From an uncultured Blastochloridaceae bacterium (GTDB lineage: Bacteria; Verrucomicrobiota; Verrucomicrobiia; Methylacidiphilales; JBCBYL01): a DNA stretch of 64,000 nucleotides. The stretch covers positions 17,833 through 81,832 of the forward strand of contig CAYGPJ010000006.1 in the NCBI GenBank assembly GCA_964351865.1. The letters run 5' to 3'. The translations under genes and the position numbers were made by a program. The notes under the pieces were generated by a model. The model was not told where the DNA came from. It worked only from the letters and a program-made list of their open reading frames with translations, and did not search any database. How positions within the stretch are numbered: the stretch's first letter is position 1; every line of letters begins with the position of its first letter. Positions 29,293 to 39,312 of this stretch are shown one piece after another.

Positions 29293-29378
29293 ATACCTAG
29301 ACTCCTCGATTCAGTCGTGAATGGAAGCACGCTGAATGGAGCAATTAGCGCAATACCAGCATCTTACGGAGATTCGTT

Positions 29379-31421
29379 TTGAAAAAAAAGGCAGTGACCA
29401 CCACGAAAACTAAAAAAGCAGCACCGACTAAAAAAGCGGTAAAAAAGACAGCCAAGAAATCAGCTCCTAAAAAGGCTCCTGCCAAGGCGGTAAAAAAAGT
29501 TGCCAAGAAAAAAACCGTTACCCCCAAAGCAGTTAAAAAAGCTCCTGCGAAAAAAACGGCGACTAAGAAGACAGCATCAAAGGCAACTGTCAAAACTGAC
29601 GTAAAAATTTCCGTCAAGAGCATCAAGGATATGGCGTCATCTACCAAAGTAGATGACCAGGTGAAAGCCGATGTCAAAGCGGTGCTGGGCGACACCAACA
29701 TCAACATCAATGCCAGTGATTTTTCCGAGAAGGAAATGGTTGCCGCAGTATGGAAGGGCGACGATGAATGGCAGAGCAGATTGCGTGATCTGATCAAGAC
29801 GGCACGTGAACAGGGCTACCTGACTTACGATGATTTACATGAATCATTGCCCGGCACCGTTAATAATCCCGAGCAGATTGAAGCCGTGCTGGCGTTTCTC
29901 AAGACGCTTGAAATTGATGTGATTGATGCATCCGAGGTGGATCGTTACAAGCAGGGTGGAAACAATGACGATGACGAGGCTGAAGATGACCGTCCCGGTC
30001 AGGCGGCCGTTGCCGAAGCGGACAAAGAAGCCAAGTTAGACATTCTGGATGATCCCGTTCGCATGTATCTCAAGCAGATGGGGCAGGTCCCGCTGCTGAC
30101 GCGTGAGCAGGAAGTGGAGATCTCCAAACGGATTGAAGATGCGGAACTGATGGTGCAGAAACACCTGCACAAATTCGGATTTATCGCTCGTGAATATGTC
30201 AGTCTGGCTGAAAAACTGGAGCAGGGTCGTGAGCGATTCGACCGAGTGATTCAGGATAAAAAGATTGATAGTCGTGAGAAGTATATGAAGACGCTCAAGC
30301 GTCTGGTGCGCGACGTGGAAACGACCAATGAAAAGATCAACGACTACTACGATAAACTGACATCACTTAAATCAGCTACTGCGATTGCCAAAGCCGAGAA
30401 GGATAAGGCCAAAGCCGAGGCTCAACTCAGCAAGTATTACGGTAAGTTTTTCTACAAACAGAAAGTGACCGAAGAATTTGTCGCCGTCTGTGATAATTTT
30501 CATCGCCAGGTGCGTGAACTCAAGCGTGAGCAGACCAAGCTGGAGCGCGAGAAATCACGTGCCAAAGCAGACAAAGAGCGTCTCAAGTTCGTCGTTCAAC
30601 AGTTAGAGGAAATGGAGATCAAGGCGCGGATGCCACTCGAGCAATTCGAGAATGATCACCGTGAACTCAAGAGCTGGTTACGTAAGGCACTTAAAGCGAA
30701 GACAGAAATGGTGGAAGCCAACCTGCGTCTCGTGATTTCCATTGCTAAGAAATACACCAACCGCGGCCTGTCATTCCTGGATCTGATTCAGGAAGGCAAT
30801 ATGGGATTGATGAAGGCGGTAGAAAAATTTGAATACCGTCGTGGTTATAAATTTTCGACTTATGCGACCTGGTGGATTCGCCAGGCGATCACGCGCTCGA
30901 TTGCGGATCAGGCACGGACTATTCGTATTCCGGTTCACATGATTGAAACGATCAACAAGCTGATGCGGGTGCAGAAGCAGTTGGTGCAGGAATTCGGACG
31001 TGAGCCTGTGCCAGAAGAAGTAGCCGAAGAAATCTGCATGCCGGTGGAACGAGTGCGGGCTGTCTTGAAGATGGCTCAGCAGCCCATCTCACTGCAGGCA
31101 CAGGTCGGTGACAGTGATGACACGACTTTCGGAGACTTTATCGAAGATAAGAGTGCTGAGAATCCGTCCGACATGACGGCCTACGCGTTGCTGAAGGAAA
31201 AGATCAAGGACGTGCTGACCTCGCTGACCGAGCGTGAACAGCGCGTGTTGGAGCAACGCTTCGGACTGGTAGACGGCTATAGCCGCACGCTCGAAGAAGT
31301 AGGACGCCAGTTCAAAGTGACACGTGAGCGTATTCGACAGATTGAAGCCAAAGCATTGCGTAAGATGCGTCACCCGACCCGTCTGCGCCATCTGCAAGGA
31401 TTTTTGGAATCTGAAATGTAG
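29379..31421 (+). CDS. rpoD: Primary sigma factor RpoD with a Lys/Ala-rich N-terminal tail
   Basis: [31 protein letters not shown] and TRERIRQIE motifs; follows dnaG. Confidence 0.97.
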   Translation: MKKKAVTTTKTKKAAPTKKAVKKTAKKSAPKKAPAKAVKKVAKKKTVTPKAVKKAPAKKTATKKTASKATVKTDVKISVKSIKDMASSTKVDDQVKADVKAVLGDTNININASDFSEKEMVAAVWKGDDEWQSRLRDLIKTAREQGYLTYDDLHESLPGTVNNPEQIEAVLAFLKTLEIDVIDASEVDRYKQGGNNDDDEAEDDRPGQAAVAEADKEAKLDILDDPVRMYLKQMGQVPLLTREQEVEISKRIEDAELMVQKHLHKFGFIAREYVSLAEKLEQGRERFDRVIQDKKIDSREKYMKTLKRLVRDVETTNEKINDYYDKLTSLKSATAIAKAEKDKAKAEAQLSKYYGKFFYKQKVTEEFVAVCDNFHRQVRELKREQTKLEREKSRAKADKERLKFVVQQLEEMEIKARMPLEQFENDHRELKSWLRKALKAKTEMVEANLRLVISIAKKYTNRGLSFLDLIQEGNMGLMKAVEKFEYRRGYKFSTYATWWIRQAITRSIADQARTIRIPVHMIETINKLMRVQKQLVQEFGREPVPEEVAEEICMPVERVRAVLKMAQQPISLQAQVGDSDDTTFGDFIEDKSAENPSDMTAYALLKEKIKDVLTSLTEREQRVLEQRFGLVDGYSRTLEEVGRQFKVTRERIRQIEAKALRKMRHPTRLRHLQGFLESEM

Positions 31422-31521
31422 CCACTGTCTCGGTGGTGCAGGAATTGTCCGAGATGTAATTCCCTGCTAAATTTAGATCGTTTCCGAATTAAGTTCTTAC
31501 ACGGTGACCTGAGTAGGATAA

Positions 31522-31583
31522 ATGTAGGGCAAGATTGCATCTTGCCGGGATAGAAATTGGCGAGATGCAATCTCGCCCTACAT
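31522..31583. repeat. GTAG-type REP doublet
   Basis: ATGTAGGGCAAGATTGCATCTTGCC-N12-GGCGAGATGCAATCTCGCCCTACAT, two self-palindromic units in inverted orientation. Confidence 0.75.
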
Positions 31584-31620
31584 GTTAAAACATCATTCGG
31601 AACCTGCTCTGATTTAACGG

Positions 31621-32376
31621 CTAAGAGCCCGATGTTTCCTTGGAAGCATCGGGCTTTAGTTTTTTATTCATGGTGCGCAGGCGCTTCGCCAGTACGCGCG
31701 CGATCAGAATGCCGGGAGTTTCCTGGGGATTGTCGTGGCTGCCTAGGATTTCTTCGGAGGAAACTCGGAAGACGGTGCAATCGCTGGTTGCGATGGCGGT
31801 AGCTGAACGTGGGGTATTTTCAATGACTCCCATTTCTCCTACCACATCGCCCGGCTCGATCGTGCCAATTTCCACTTCGTCTTTACCGGATCCTTGCACC
31901 ACCTTCAGGGATCCCTCGCGTAAGACATAAGCATCTTTGCTCGGGTCATTTTCCTGAAACAGAATATCGCCGACTTTCAGGTGTACCAGTCGCTTGCGGT
32001 GCAGCCAGTTCATAAATTCGGGTCTAAGATAAGCCCAGGCATAGCGTGCGATAAATCCGATCATGCATCCTGCCAGCAGGCCGACTGAGTTTGCGACGAT
32101 GTCCCCCACTTCCATGCTTCTGCCTTTGAGTACGGTAAGCTGGGCGTATTCGAGTCCGATACCGGCAATGACCACTCCGATGAACGCCGGCAAATACCAG
32201 ATGGGGGGTAATCCCATGATGCAAAGAATCCCCAGTAGGGTGTAGCCGGCGGAATGAACGATTTTATCTAAGCCGACCTGGGTATTAGAAGCCAGACTTC
32301 CCATGGCGATAAAGATAAATCCACCGATCGCGGCAATGACCATAATTTTGCGTAGGCGTGGAGGAATGTCGTTCAT
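31621..32376 (-). CDS. VanZ-like membrane domain fused to a cNMP-binding domain
   Basis: DKIVH..., LEYAQ...GRS..GDIVANSVG (VanZ-like), then VGEMG....PRSATA (cNMP phosphate-binding cassette). Confidence 0.8.
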   Translation of the reverse strand: MNDIPPRLRKIMVIAAIGGFIFIAMGSLASNTQVGLDKIVHSAGYTLLGILCIMGLPPIWYLPAFIGVVIAGIGLEYAQLTVLKGRSMEVGDIVANSVGLLAGCMIGFIARYAWAYLRPEFMNWLHRKRLVHLKVGDILFQENDPSKDAYVLREGSLKVVQGSGKDEVEIGTIEPGDVVGEMGVIENTPRSATAIATSDCTVFRVSSEEILGSHDNPQETPGILIARVLAKRLRTMNKKLKPDASKETSGS

Positions 32377-32436
32377 GATTGGTGAATCTGCCGAAAAATT
32401 ACATTGGGTCAAGAATGTCGTGAGATTTGCGGAATA

Positions 32437-32558
32437 GGAAAGTGGGTGGGGACACCCACTGCTACAACGCGAAGCGTGGAGCGATGCTTTTTGAAATTGT
32501 AGCAGCGGGTGCGTGCCGGTCTGTAGCCTTGGCGGAGACTGGTTCCCACCCGCTTTCC
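32437..32558. repeat. GTAG-type REP doublet with a nested mini-hairpin insertion
   Basis: The left arm GGAAAGTGGGTGGGGACACCCACTGCTACAA nearly matches the reverse complement of the right arm, apart from a ~30-nt insert. Confidence 0.7.
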
Positions 32559-32628
32559 CGACAGCACGTCAGCGCAAGAAATGAGGATTTATCTTCGGAT
32601 ACGCAGTGGCTTGCTGTATAATATTGGT

Positions 32629-32880
32629 ATGAGTAGAGATACAGATTCTTCTTATTTGGCGAATACCGTTAGCACGGCTAAAAATGTAGCGGTGGAACAT
32701 GTGGGGGCCAAAGTTGATCGGATGGCACTACGAACGGCTCGCAGTGCGGATCACCTGACAATGGAGGCGGAACGCTTTATCGTGCGCAACCCGTGGCGGG
32801 CCGTGGGAATTGCGGCGGGTATCGGGTTGATTGCCGGATCGCTGATCGCTCTGGCACCACGCACCCATAGGGATTCCTGA
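32629..32880 (+). CDS. DUF883/ElaB/YqjD-family small membrane-anchored protein
   Basis: C-terminal VRNPWRAVGIAAGIGLIAG motif; TATAAT 6 nt upstream of ATG 32629. Confidence 0.8.
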   Translation: MSRDTDSSYLANTVSTAKNVAVEHVGAKVDRMALRTARSADHLTMEAERFIVRNPWRAVGIAAGIGLIAGSLIALAPRTHRDS

Positions 32881-32936
32881 CTTCACCTTATTTTTTTAGA
32901 TGACCTCTGCCGGTTCTCTCGGCATGGTCTGTTTCC

Positions 32937-34010
32937 ATGTCCCGAACCATTGATGTTCCATTGTCAGGTCACGCCTACCGGATTCTTGTAGGCGGCAATG
33001 AGGTACTGAAAGATTTGCCTGAGTGCCTTACGGGGTTGGAGGTGGCGTTGGTCACTGACCAGACTGTCGAATCTCAACCATGGTTTGCGCCATTGCGTGA
33101 ACAAATTGAAGGAGCTGCAGCCAAATTTCTGCAACTCACCGTGCCAGCAGGTGAAGCTTCTAAATCGCTGGATCAGTTTTCCGAATGTTGCTCACGTCTG
33201 GCTGGAGCCGCTTTCAGTCGCCGCAGTGTTGTCGTGGCGGTGGGTGGTGGCGTGGTGGGTGATCTGGCGGGCTATCTGGCGGCATCCTATCTGCGTGGCG
33301 TTCGTTTTATTCAGATCCCAACGACCTTGCTGGCGATGGTGGACAGCAGTGTGGGAGGAAAAACGGGGGTGAATCTGCCGGAAGGAAAAAATCTGGTGGG
33401 TGCGTTCTACCAGCCTGAAGCGGTCAGGATTAATCTCGAATTTTTGGAGACACTTTCCCCACGTGAGTTTTCAGCCGGTATGGCTGAGGTGATTAAGTAT
33501 GGTATGATTCGCGACCCGCAAATTCTGGATCAGGTGGAGTCCGGATCGGTTTCTGACATGGAAGCTCTGGTGGCGCGCTGTGTGGAAATCAAACGGGATG
33601 TCGTGCTGGCGGATGAAAAAGAGACCAGTGGCGTGCGCGCCATTTTGAATTTTGGGCATACGATCGGGCATGCCATCGAACAATCTTCCGGGTATGGTGT
33701 ATTTTTACATGGGGAAGCTATTTCGCTGGGAATGACGGCTGCCTGTCAGCTTTCTGAGGCTTGCTGCGGACTTGATGCGGAGGTGAGTGGCCGACTGGAG
33801 GCGATACTGAAAGCTCATCATTTGCCGGTGCGACATGCCGCCTTGGATTATGAGGAGCTGAGGCCAGTGATTTCCCGCGATAAGAAATCGACAGGCCAAT
33901 CCATTAACTGGGTGCTATGTCCGGATGCCGGGGAAACGCGGATCACGTCAGATGTTTCAGATGAGGCGATTCGTGCCGCGATCAAATATTGTGCCGGGAC
34001 TGCGGCATGA
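32937..34010 (+). CDS. aroB: 3-dehydroquinate synthase
   Basis: GGGVVGDLAG, PTTLLAMVDSSVGGKTGVN and LNFGHTIGHA motifs. Confidence 0.97.
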   Translation: MSRTIDVPLSGHAYRILVGGNEVLKDLPECLTGLEVALVTDQTVESQPWFAPLREQIEGAAAKFLQLTVPAGEASKSLDQFSECCSRLAGAAFSRRSVVVAVGGGVVGDLAGYLAASYLRGVRFIQIPTTLLAMVDSSVGGKTGVNLPEGKNLVGAFYQPEAVRINLEFLETLSPREFSAGMAEVIKYGMIRDPQILDQVESGSVSDMEALVARCVEIKRDVVLADEKETSGVRAILNFGHTIGHAIEQSSGYGVFLHGEAISLGMTAACQLSEACCGLDAEVSGRLEAILKAHHLPVRHAALDYEELRPVISRDKKSTGQSINWVLCPDAGETRITSDVSDEAIRAAIKYCAGTAA

Positions 34011-35101
34011 CCGATCAGGAAGCTTACCTGATTCTCAATGCGCTACCTGCCATCGGCCCGGTACAGACCCGGCGCGCGCTTGAGGCGACGGGATCGGTTC
34101 AAGCTTTGCTGGCCGATTCCGGCAGTCAATTGGCACGGGTAGAAGGATTAACCCGCCCGGCGATTGACGCATTGAAAAACTGGCAGGAACATTTTGACCT
34201 GGAAGCGGAGCTGAAGAAAATAGCTCAGCACGATGTGACGATTCTCCATTGGGATCACACGGCTTATCCTGAGCGTCTCAAAGAGATTTATGATCCTCCA
34301 CTCGTGCTGTATTGCCGCGGAGATGTGGAAGCGCTGAGTAAACAGGGGATCGGGGTGGTTGGATCACGGCGCACCACTTACTACGGCCTGGAGACGGCGA
34401 AAAAACTTTCCTACCAGATGGCTTATGCGGGGCTTTGTGTCAACAGCGGGCTGGCACGGGGCATCGATACGGCGGCGCATCAGGGCGCGCTGGCTGCCAA
34501 GGGGCGGACGGTCGCTGTTTTGGGGTCTTCATTGGATCATCTGTATCCTGCTGAAAATAAAGCATTGGCGCGAAAAATTGTGGAGCAGCGTGGTGCGGTC
34601 ATTTCCGAGTTTCCTTTTGGCACACCACCGGATCGGCGTACTTTTCCGATGCGTAATCGGATTGTGAGTGGAATGAGTATGGGGATTCTGGTGGTCGAGG
34701 CAGGTCAATCCAGCGGTGCGTTAATCACGGCCAAGATGGGTTTAGAGCAGGGACGAACCATTTATGCCGTGCCGGGACAGATCACTTCACCGGAGTCAAA
34801 AGGCTGTCACGGCCTGATCAAAGAGGGGGCGAAACTGGTAGAAGATGTGGAAGATATCCTGGCTGAATACGAATTTTCCTTTTCAAAATCGGAAATTGCA
34901 CCCAAAAGACCATGGCCGGATGATTTATCGCCCGAGGAGAAAAAGATCCTCGAAGTGATGCAAACGGAGGAAATGCAGATGGATGTGCTGATCCAAAAAT
35001 GTGGATTGCCATCACCAGCCGTTTCTTCTTCGTTGTTGCGACTGGAAATGCGCAAGCTCGTTCGGCAGTTACCGGGTAAAGTATTTATAAAGACAGATTG
35101 A
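34007..35101 (+). CDS. dprA: DNA-processing protein DprA
   Basis: VVGSR, SGLARGID..AH, FPMRNRIVSG and SGALITA motifs; ATGA overlap with aroB. Confidence 0.95.
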   Translation: MTDQEAYLILNALPAIGPVQTRRALEATGSVQALLADSGSQLARVEGLTRPAIDALKNWQEHFDLEAELKKIAQHDVTILHWDHTAYPERLKEIYDPPLVLYCRGDVEALSKQGIGVVGSRRTTYYGLETAKKLSYQMAYAGLCVNSGLARGIDTAAHQGALAAKGRTVAVLGSSLDHLYPAENKALARKIVEQRGAVISEFPFGTPPDRRTFPMRNRIVSGMSMGILVVEAGQSSGALITAKMGLEQGRTIYAVPGQITSPESKGCHGLIKEGAKLVEDVEDILAEYEFSFSKSEIAPKRPWPDDLSPEEKKILEVMQTEEMQMDVLIQKCGLPSPAVSSSLLRLEMRKLVRQLPGKVFIKTD

Positions 35102-35102
35102 T

Positions 35103-37652
35103 ATGGGAAAAACGCTAGTCATTGCAGAGAAACCGAGTGTAGCAGGGGATATCTCCCGGGTGCTGGGGGGAATGAAAAAAGAGAAGGATTACTTCGAAGG
35201 GGACAACTATGTTGTCAGTTCTGCCATCGGTCACCTTGTCACCATTAAGCCGCCGGAGAGTGCGGAGGTGAAGCGTGGCAAGTGGAAGATGGAAAACCTG
35301 CCGGTGATTCCTGAAGCATTTGATCTGGATCCCATCGCCAAAACCGAATCTCGCTTCAAGCTGCTTAAGCGGCTGATGAAGCGGAAGGATATAGACCTGA
35401 TTATTAATGCTTGTGATGCGGGGCGCGAAGGTGAGTTGATTTTTCGTTATATTGTCGACGCTGCCCAAGTGAAAAAACCGACCAAGCGCTTATGGCTGCA
35501 GTCGATGACTCAGGGCGCCATTCGCGACGGGTTTGAAAATTTAAAGTCAGAAGCTGAAATGGTGCCGTTGGCGGATGCCGCCAAGTGTCGCTCCGAGGCC
35601 GACTGGTTGATGGGGATCAACGGCACGCGTGCGATGACTGCGTTTAATTCGCCTTCAGGCGGGTTCCAGTTAACGACGGTCGGTCGAGTCCAGACTCCGA
35701 CACTGGCACTGCTGGTTAACCGCGAGAAAGAGATTCAGGCATTTAATCCGGTGGATTATTGGGAAGTGCACGCCAGCTTTGGGGTTCAGGCCGGGAGTTA
35801 TGAGGGCCGCTGGTTTGACGAGTCGTTTAAGAAGCCAAAAACCGAACGAGGCGAGCGAGCCAGTGATCTTAAAGCGGAGCGTATCTGGGATAAAGCCGAA
35901 GCGGAAGCGATTGTTGCCTATTGCGAAGGAAAGCAGGCGACGGTGGAAGAAGAGCAAAAGCCTAGTAAACAGGCCTCTCCTTTATTGTATGATCTGACCA
36001 GTTTACAACGTGAAGCCAACGGACGTTTCGGTTTCAGTGCACGAGGGACTCTGGCCATCGCACAAGCTCTTTATGAACGGCATAAAGTGCTAACCTACCC
36101 GAGAACGGATAGTCGCTACCTCCCTGAAGATTATATGGGCACGGTGAAGCAGGTGCTGGGGAATTTCTCTGGTAGTGTTTACGGTGATTATGCCAAGAAA
36201 ATCACTTCCAATAGCTGGCTGGTGCCGAGTAAGCGTATCTTTAATGGGGCCAAGGTATCAGATCACTTTGCGATCGTACCCACTAATCAGCAGCCCAAGA
36301 ACCTGAAAGAGCAGGAGCAGAAACTCTACGACATGGTGGTGCGGCGTTTCCTGGCGGTCTTTTACCCCCCGGCGGTTTACGAGATCACCACGCGGATCAG
36401 TCGGGTTGACGAACATGCCTTTAAGACGGAAGGCAAGATCCTGCGGGAACTGGGATGGTTGGAAGTTTATGGTAAGGCGGCGGCGGAGTCTGCTTCCGAC
36501 ATGGTAAGAGTGGAGTCGGATGAGAAAGCTGAAGTCGAGGGAATCGAATCCCGCGGAGAAGCCACCCGCCCGCCTGCGCGTTATACGGAAGCCACATTGC
36601 TCTCGGCGATGGAAGGGGCCGGCAAGATGATTGACGACGAAGAGCTGCGTGATGCGATGTCAGAAAAAGGACTAGGTACTCCGGCGACACGTGCGCAGAC
36701 GATAGAAGGGTTGATCAGTCAGGAGTATATCCGGCGCGAGGAGCGGAATCTGCATCCTACCGCCAAAGCATTCAATCTGATGGAGACCGTGAGCGTGATG
36801 AAAATTCCCGCATTGGATTCTCCTGAGACTACCGGGGAGTGGGAATTTAAACTCAAAGAAGTGGAGCAAGGCAAACGTACACGCGATGCCTTTATGAAGG
36901 AAATTCAGCAAGTGACTCGGGATGTGGTGGAAGCGGTTCGGGGCTTTAATCCGGAGTCGGTGGAAATGCGTGAGACTGGCATCACCGATCCAATTACCGG
37001 GCAACCGGTAGTGGAGACGTTGCGGGATTACCGTAGTCGTGATGGCAAGATGGTGATTCGTAAAGCGATCGCCGGACGCATTATGGAGCTGGATGAAATA
37101 GCCCAGTTAATGGAAAAACGTGAGGTGGGCCCACTGGATGGCTTTCGTAGTCGTCAGGGGTGGAACACATTCAGTGCCATTGTTCGGCTCAACGATGAAG
37201 GCGAAACCGAGCTGGACTGGGGACAGAATGAGGAGAAAGACGAAGAGCCGCTTTCGTTTGAAGGGCTGGAACCGCTGGGCATGCATCCGGTGTTGAAGGT
37301 GAAGGTTTACGATACCGAGCGCGCATTTATTTCGGAAGAAAAAGGCAAAGACGATAAGCCGGTTTTCCGTTTGCCGCGCAAGATTCTGGATCGTGAGATT
37401 ACAGCCGAAGAAGTCAGGAAGATGCTGGCGGATGGGAAAACTGAACTACTGCGTGCTTTCATCAGCAAAAAGCGCGGTAAGCGCCCGTTTGATGCGTTTC
37501 TGCTGGCAAATGATGAAAAAGGTAAAGGATGGGGATTTGATTTTCCGCCACGCCCTGCACGTAAACCTGCGGCTAAGAAAAAGGCGGCAAAGAAAACGGT
37601 AAAAAAGACGGTGAAGAAGACAGCTAATAAAACGGATACGCAGTCGGAATAA
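35103..37652 (+). CDS. topB: DNA topoisomerase III (type IA)
   Basis: IAEKPS, DAGREGELI, GRVQTPTL, TYPRTDS and GLGTPATRA motifs; C-terminal repeats and a Lys-rich tail. Confidence 0.92.
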   Translation: MGKTLVIAEKPSVAGDISRVLGGMKKEKDYFEGDNYVVSSAIGHLVTIKPPESAEVKRGKWKMENLPVIPEAFDLDPIAKTESRFKLLKRLMKRKDIDLIINACDAGREGELIFRYIVDAAQVKKPTKRLWLQSMTQGAIRDGFENLKSEAEMVPLADAAKCRSEADWLMGINGTRAMTAFNSPSGGFQLTTVGRVQTPTLALLVNREKEIQAFNPVDYWEVHASFGVQAGSYEGRWFDESFKKPKTERGERASDLKAERIWDKAEAEAIVAYCEGKQATVEEEQKPSKQASPLLYDLTSLQREANGRFGFSARGTLAIAQALYERHKVLTYPRTDSRYLPEDYMGTVKQVLGNFSGSVYGDYAKKITSNSWLVPSKRIFNGAKVSDHFAIVPTNQQPKNLKEQEQKLYDMVVRRFLAVFYPPAVYEITTRISRVDEHAFKTEGKILRELGWLEVYGKAAAESASDMVRVESDEKAEVEGIESRGEATRPPARYTEATLLSAMEGAGKMIDDEELRDAMSEKGLGTPATRAQTIEGLISQEYIRREERNLHPTAKAFNLMETVSVMKIPALDSPETTGEWEFKLKEVEQGKRTRDAFMKEIQQVTRDVVEAVRGFNPESVEMRETGITDPITGQPVVETLRDYRSRDGKMVIRKAIAGRIMELDEIAQLMEKREVGPLDGFRSRQGWNTFSAIVRLNDEGETELDWGQNEEKDEEPLSFEGLEPLGMHPVLKVKVYDTERAFISEEKGKDDKPVFRLPRKILDREITAEEVRKMLADGKTELLRAFISKKRGKRPFDAFLLANDEKGKGWGFDFPPRPARKPAAKKKAAKKTVKKTVKKTANKTDTQSE

Positions 37653-37783
37653 GCGAAACTACCTGATCAAGAAAACAAGTGTCGCTGGCCAGTAAATGTG
37701 CTCTAATAGAGAGCGTTCCGTTAACGTAGTGCCCTGATTACTGGTTATCGTTGATCATACTCTGATGCTGAGGAACTCTCTAT

Positions 37784-38677
37784 ATGAGCATAATTACCTA
37801 TTTACTCCGTGCCGGGTTAATTTTCAGCTACCTGTTGGTATTACCCGCGGTGGTATCCGCGCAGAGTAAAACAGAATCTGAGGTGTTTTCTTATCGCTTA
37901 GAAGATCTTAAAGAAGTGCAAGACGCACTGAAGCAAGTGGTCAGTCAGGAAGGTAAGACCGTTTTTTTATACGATAAGCGTAAAGTGCTGGTTCAGGATA
38001 AAGCGGATCATTTTGAAATCATTCGAGCCATCATGAAGGAATTCAATCCGGAGAAACCTGCGGCAACCCCAGGGCCGATGGTGAGGGTTGAATTGTTTTT
38101 TAATGAGAATAATAGCGGCGGTCAAAGCGGAGTATCGGTCGATGGTCGTGTCAATACCGGCCCGGTAACGATCGGCAACAAGGGGGGCGGAACTGGCAGT
38201 GGTAACAAAATTCGTATCAATGCCATCGAGCGGAATATGACGTCGACCACCAACCAGACTTCTTTTCTGATGGTTCAGTCCGGCTCGTGGGCGCGCATGA
38301 ATGTTTCCAAGGAGGTATCGCGTCCCGCCTATTTTTACAACGTATTGTCGCGTTTCGGATATGTTCAGTCCGGTGTGGTGTTGGAGCGGGTTAATGTGGG
38401 CACCATGCTGGAAGTGGCACCGACGGTGCGAGGTAACTGGATTGATCTGGAGATTACTCCGGTGATTACCTCGATGGAGAATTCGAAGCGGCGTGATTTT
38501 AAAGTGAGAGAATTAACGACCCGGGTGACGGTGGCTTCGGGCGCGCGAGTGCATATCGGCGGATTTCAGGGGGTGCAGGATGATTTTAATTCACGCTTTT
38601 TTGGAGTCAGTCGTCGGGACGCAAGTAGTCAGGTGGGGTTTGCGGTGCGGGCCACCTTGCAGGAGTTTGGGCAGTGA
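37784..38677 (+). CDS. Short secretin-like (type II/III secretion short-domain) exported protein
   Basis: Signal peptide, one N-domain-like segment, and beta-rich GTMLEVAPTV...LEITP...TTRVTV..G...IGG as in secretin cores. Confidence 0.65.
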   Translation: MSIITYLLRAGLIFSYLLVLPAVVSAQSKTESEVFSYRLEDLKEVQDALKQVVSQEGKTVFLYDKRKVLVQDKADHFEIIRAIMKEFNPEKPAATPGPMVRVELFFNENNSGGQSGVSVDGRVNTGPVTIGNKGGGTGSGNKIRINAIERNMTSTTNQTSFLMVQSGSWARMNVSKEVSRPAYFYNVLSRFGYVQSGVVLERVNVGTMLEVAPTVRGNWIDLEITPVITSMENSKRRDFKVRELTTRVTVASGARVHIGGFQGVQDDFNSRFFGVSRRDASSQVGFAVRATLQEFGQ

Positions 38678-39279
38678 AGGCTGACCTTCCTGCGCGGTTG
38701 GCGTTGACGGGGGGGATTGGTTGCGGGAAGAGCGCGGTAGCCGCTTTACTGGAAGATGCTGGATTTAAAATTGTGGATTCAGATTTAATTGCCCGTGAAG
38801 TGGTGCAACCCGGTGAAGAAGGGTATGAAAAAGTCATTGACGCATTTGGAAACGATATCCTTAATAGTGACCGAACGATTCACCGCGGCCGTCTCGGCCA
38901 AATCGTCTTCTCGGATCCGACTAGGCGGGACCAATTAAATTCCCTACTTCACCCCATTATCCGAAAGCGTTGGCAGGCGCGGCAACATGATCACTGGGAA
39001 ATATTTCCCGGAGTTCCTGTGGTGGTCGTTATTCCGTTGTTGTTTGAGGCAGGTCTGGAATTTGAGTTTGACTCAATTGCCTGTGTGGCCTGCTCTAAAC
39101 GAATTCAAGGAGAGCGTCTATCAGCTCGTGGATTATCCCGCGAGCAGGTGGATCAGAGAATCACAGCGCAATGGCCTGTGGAACGGAAGATGGAGCGTGC
39201 CGGCTTGGTTATTTGGAATGATGGAAGCTTGCAGCTATTGGAGCGCCTAACCCGGCGGTTATGTTCCCAATGGAAATGA
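38674..39279 (+). CDS. coaE: Dephospho-CoA kinase
   Basis: LTGGIGCGKS, DSD.IAREVV, HP.I and IPLLFE motifs. Confidence 0.95.
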   Translation: MKADLPARLALTGGIGCGKSAVAALLEDAGFKIVDSDLIAREVVQPGEEGYEKVIDAFGNDILNSDRTIHRGRLGQIVFSDPTRRDQLNSLLHPIIRKRWQARQHDHWEIFPGVPVVVVIPLLFEAGLEFEFDSIACVACSKRIQGERLSARGLSREQVDQRITAQWPVERKMERAGLVIWNDGSLQLLERLTRRLCSQWK

Positions 39280-39312
39280 AGAGAGAGAAACCGTTTTTTA
39301 ACAAAGGAAAAT

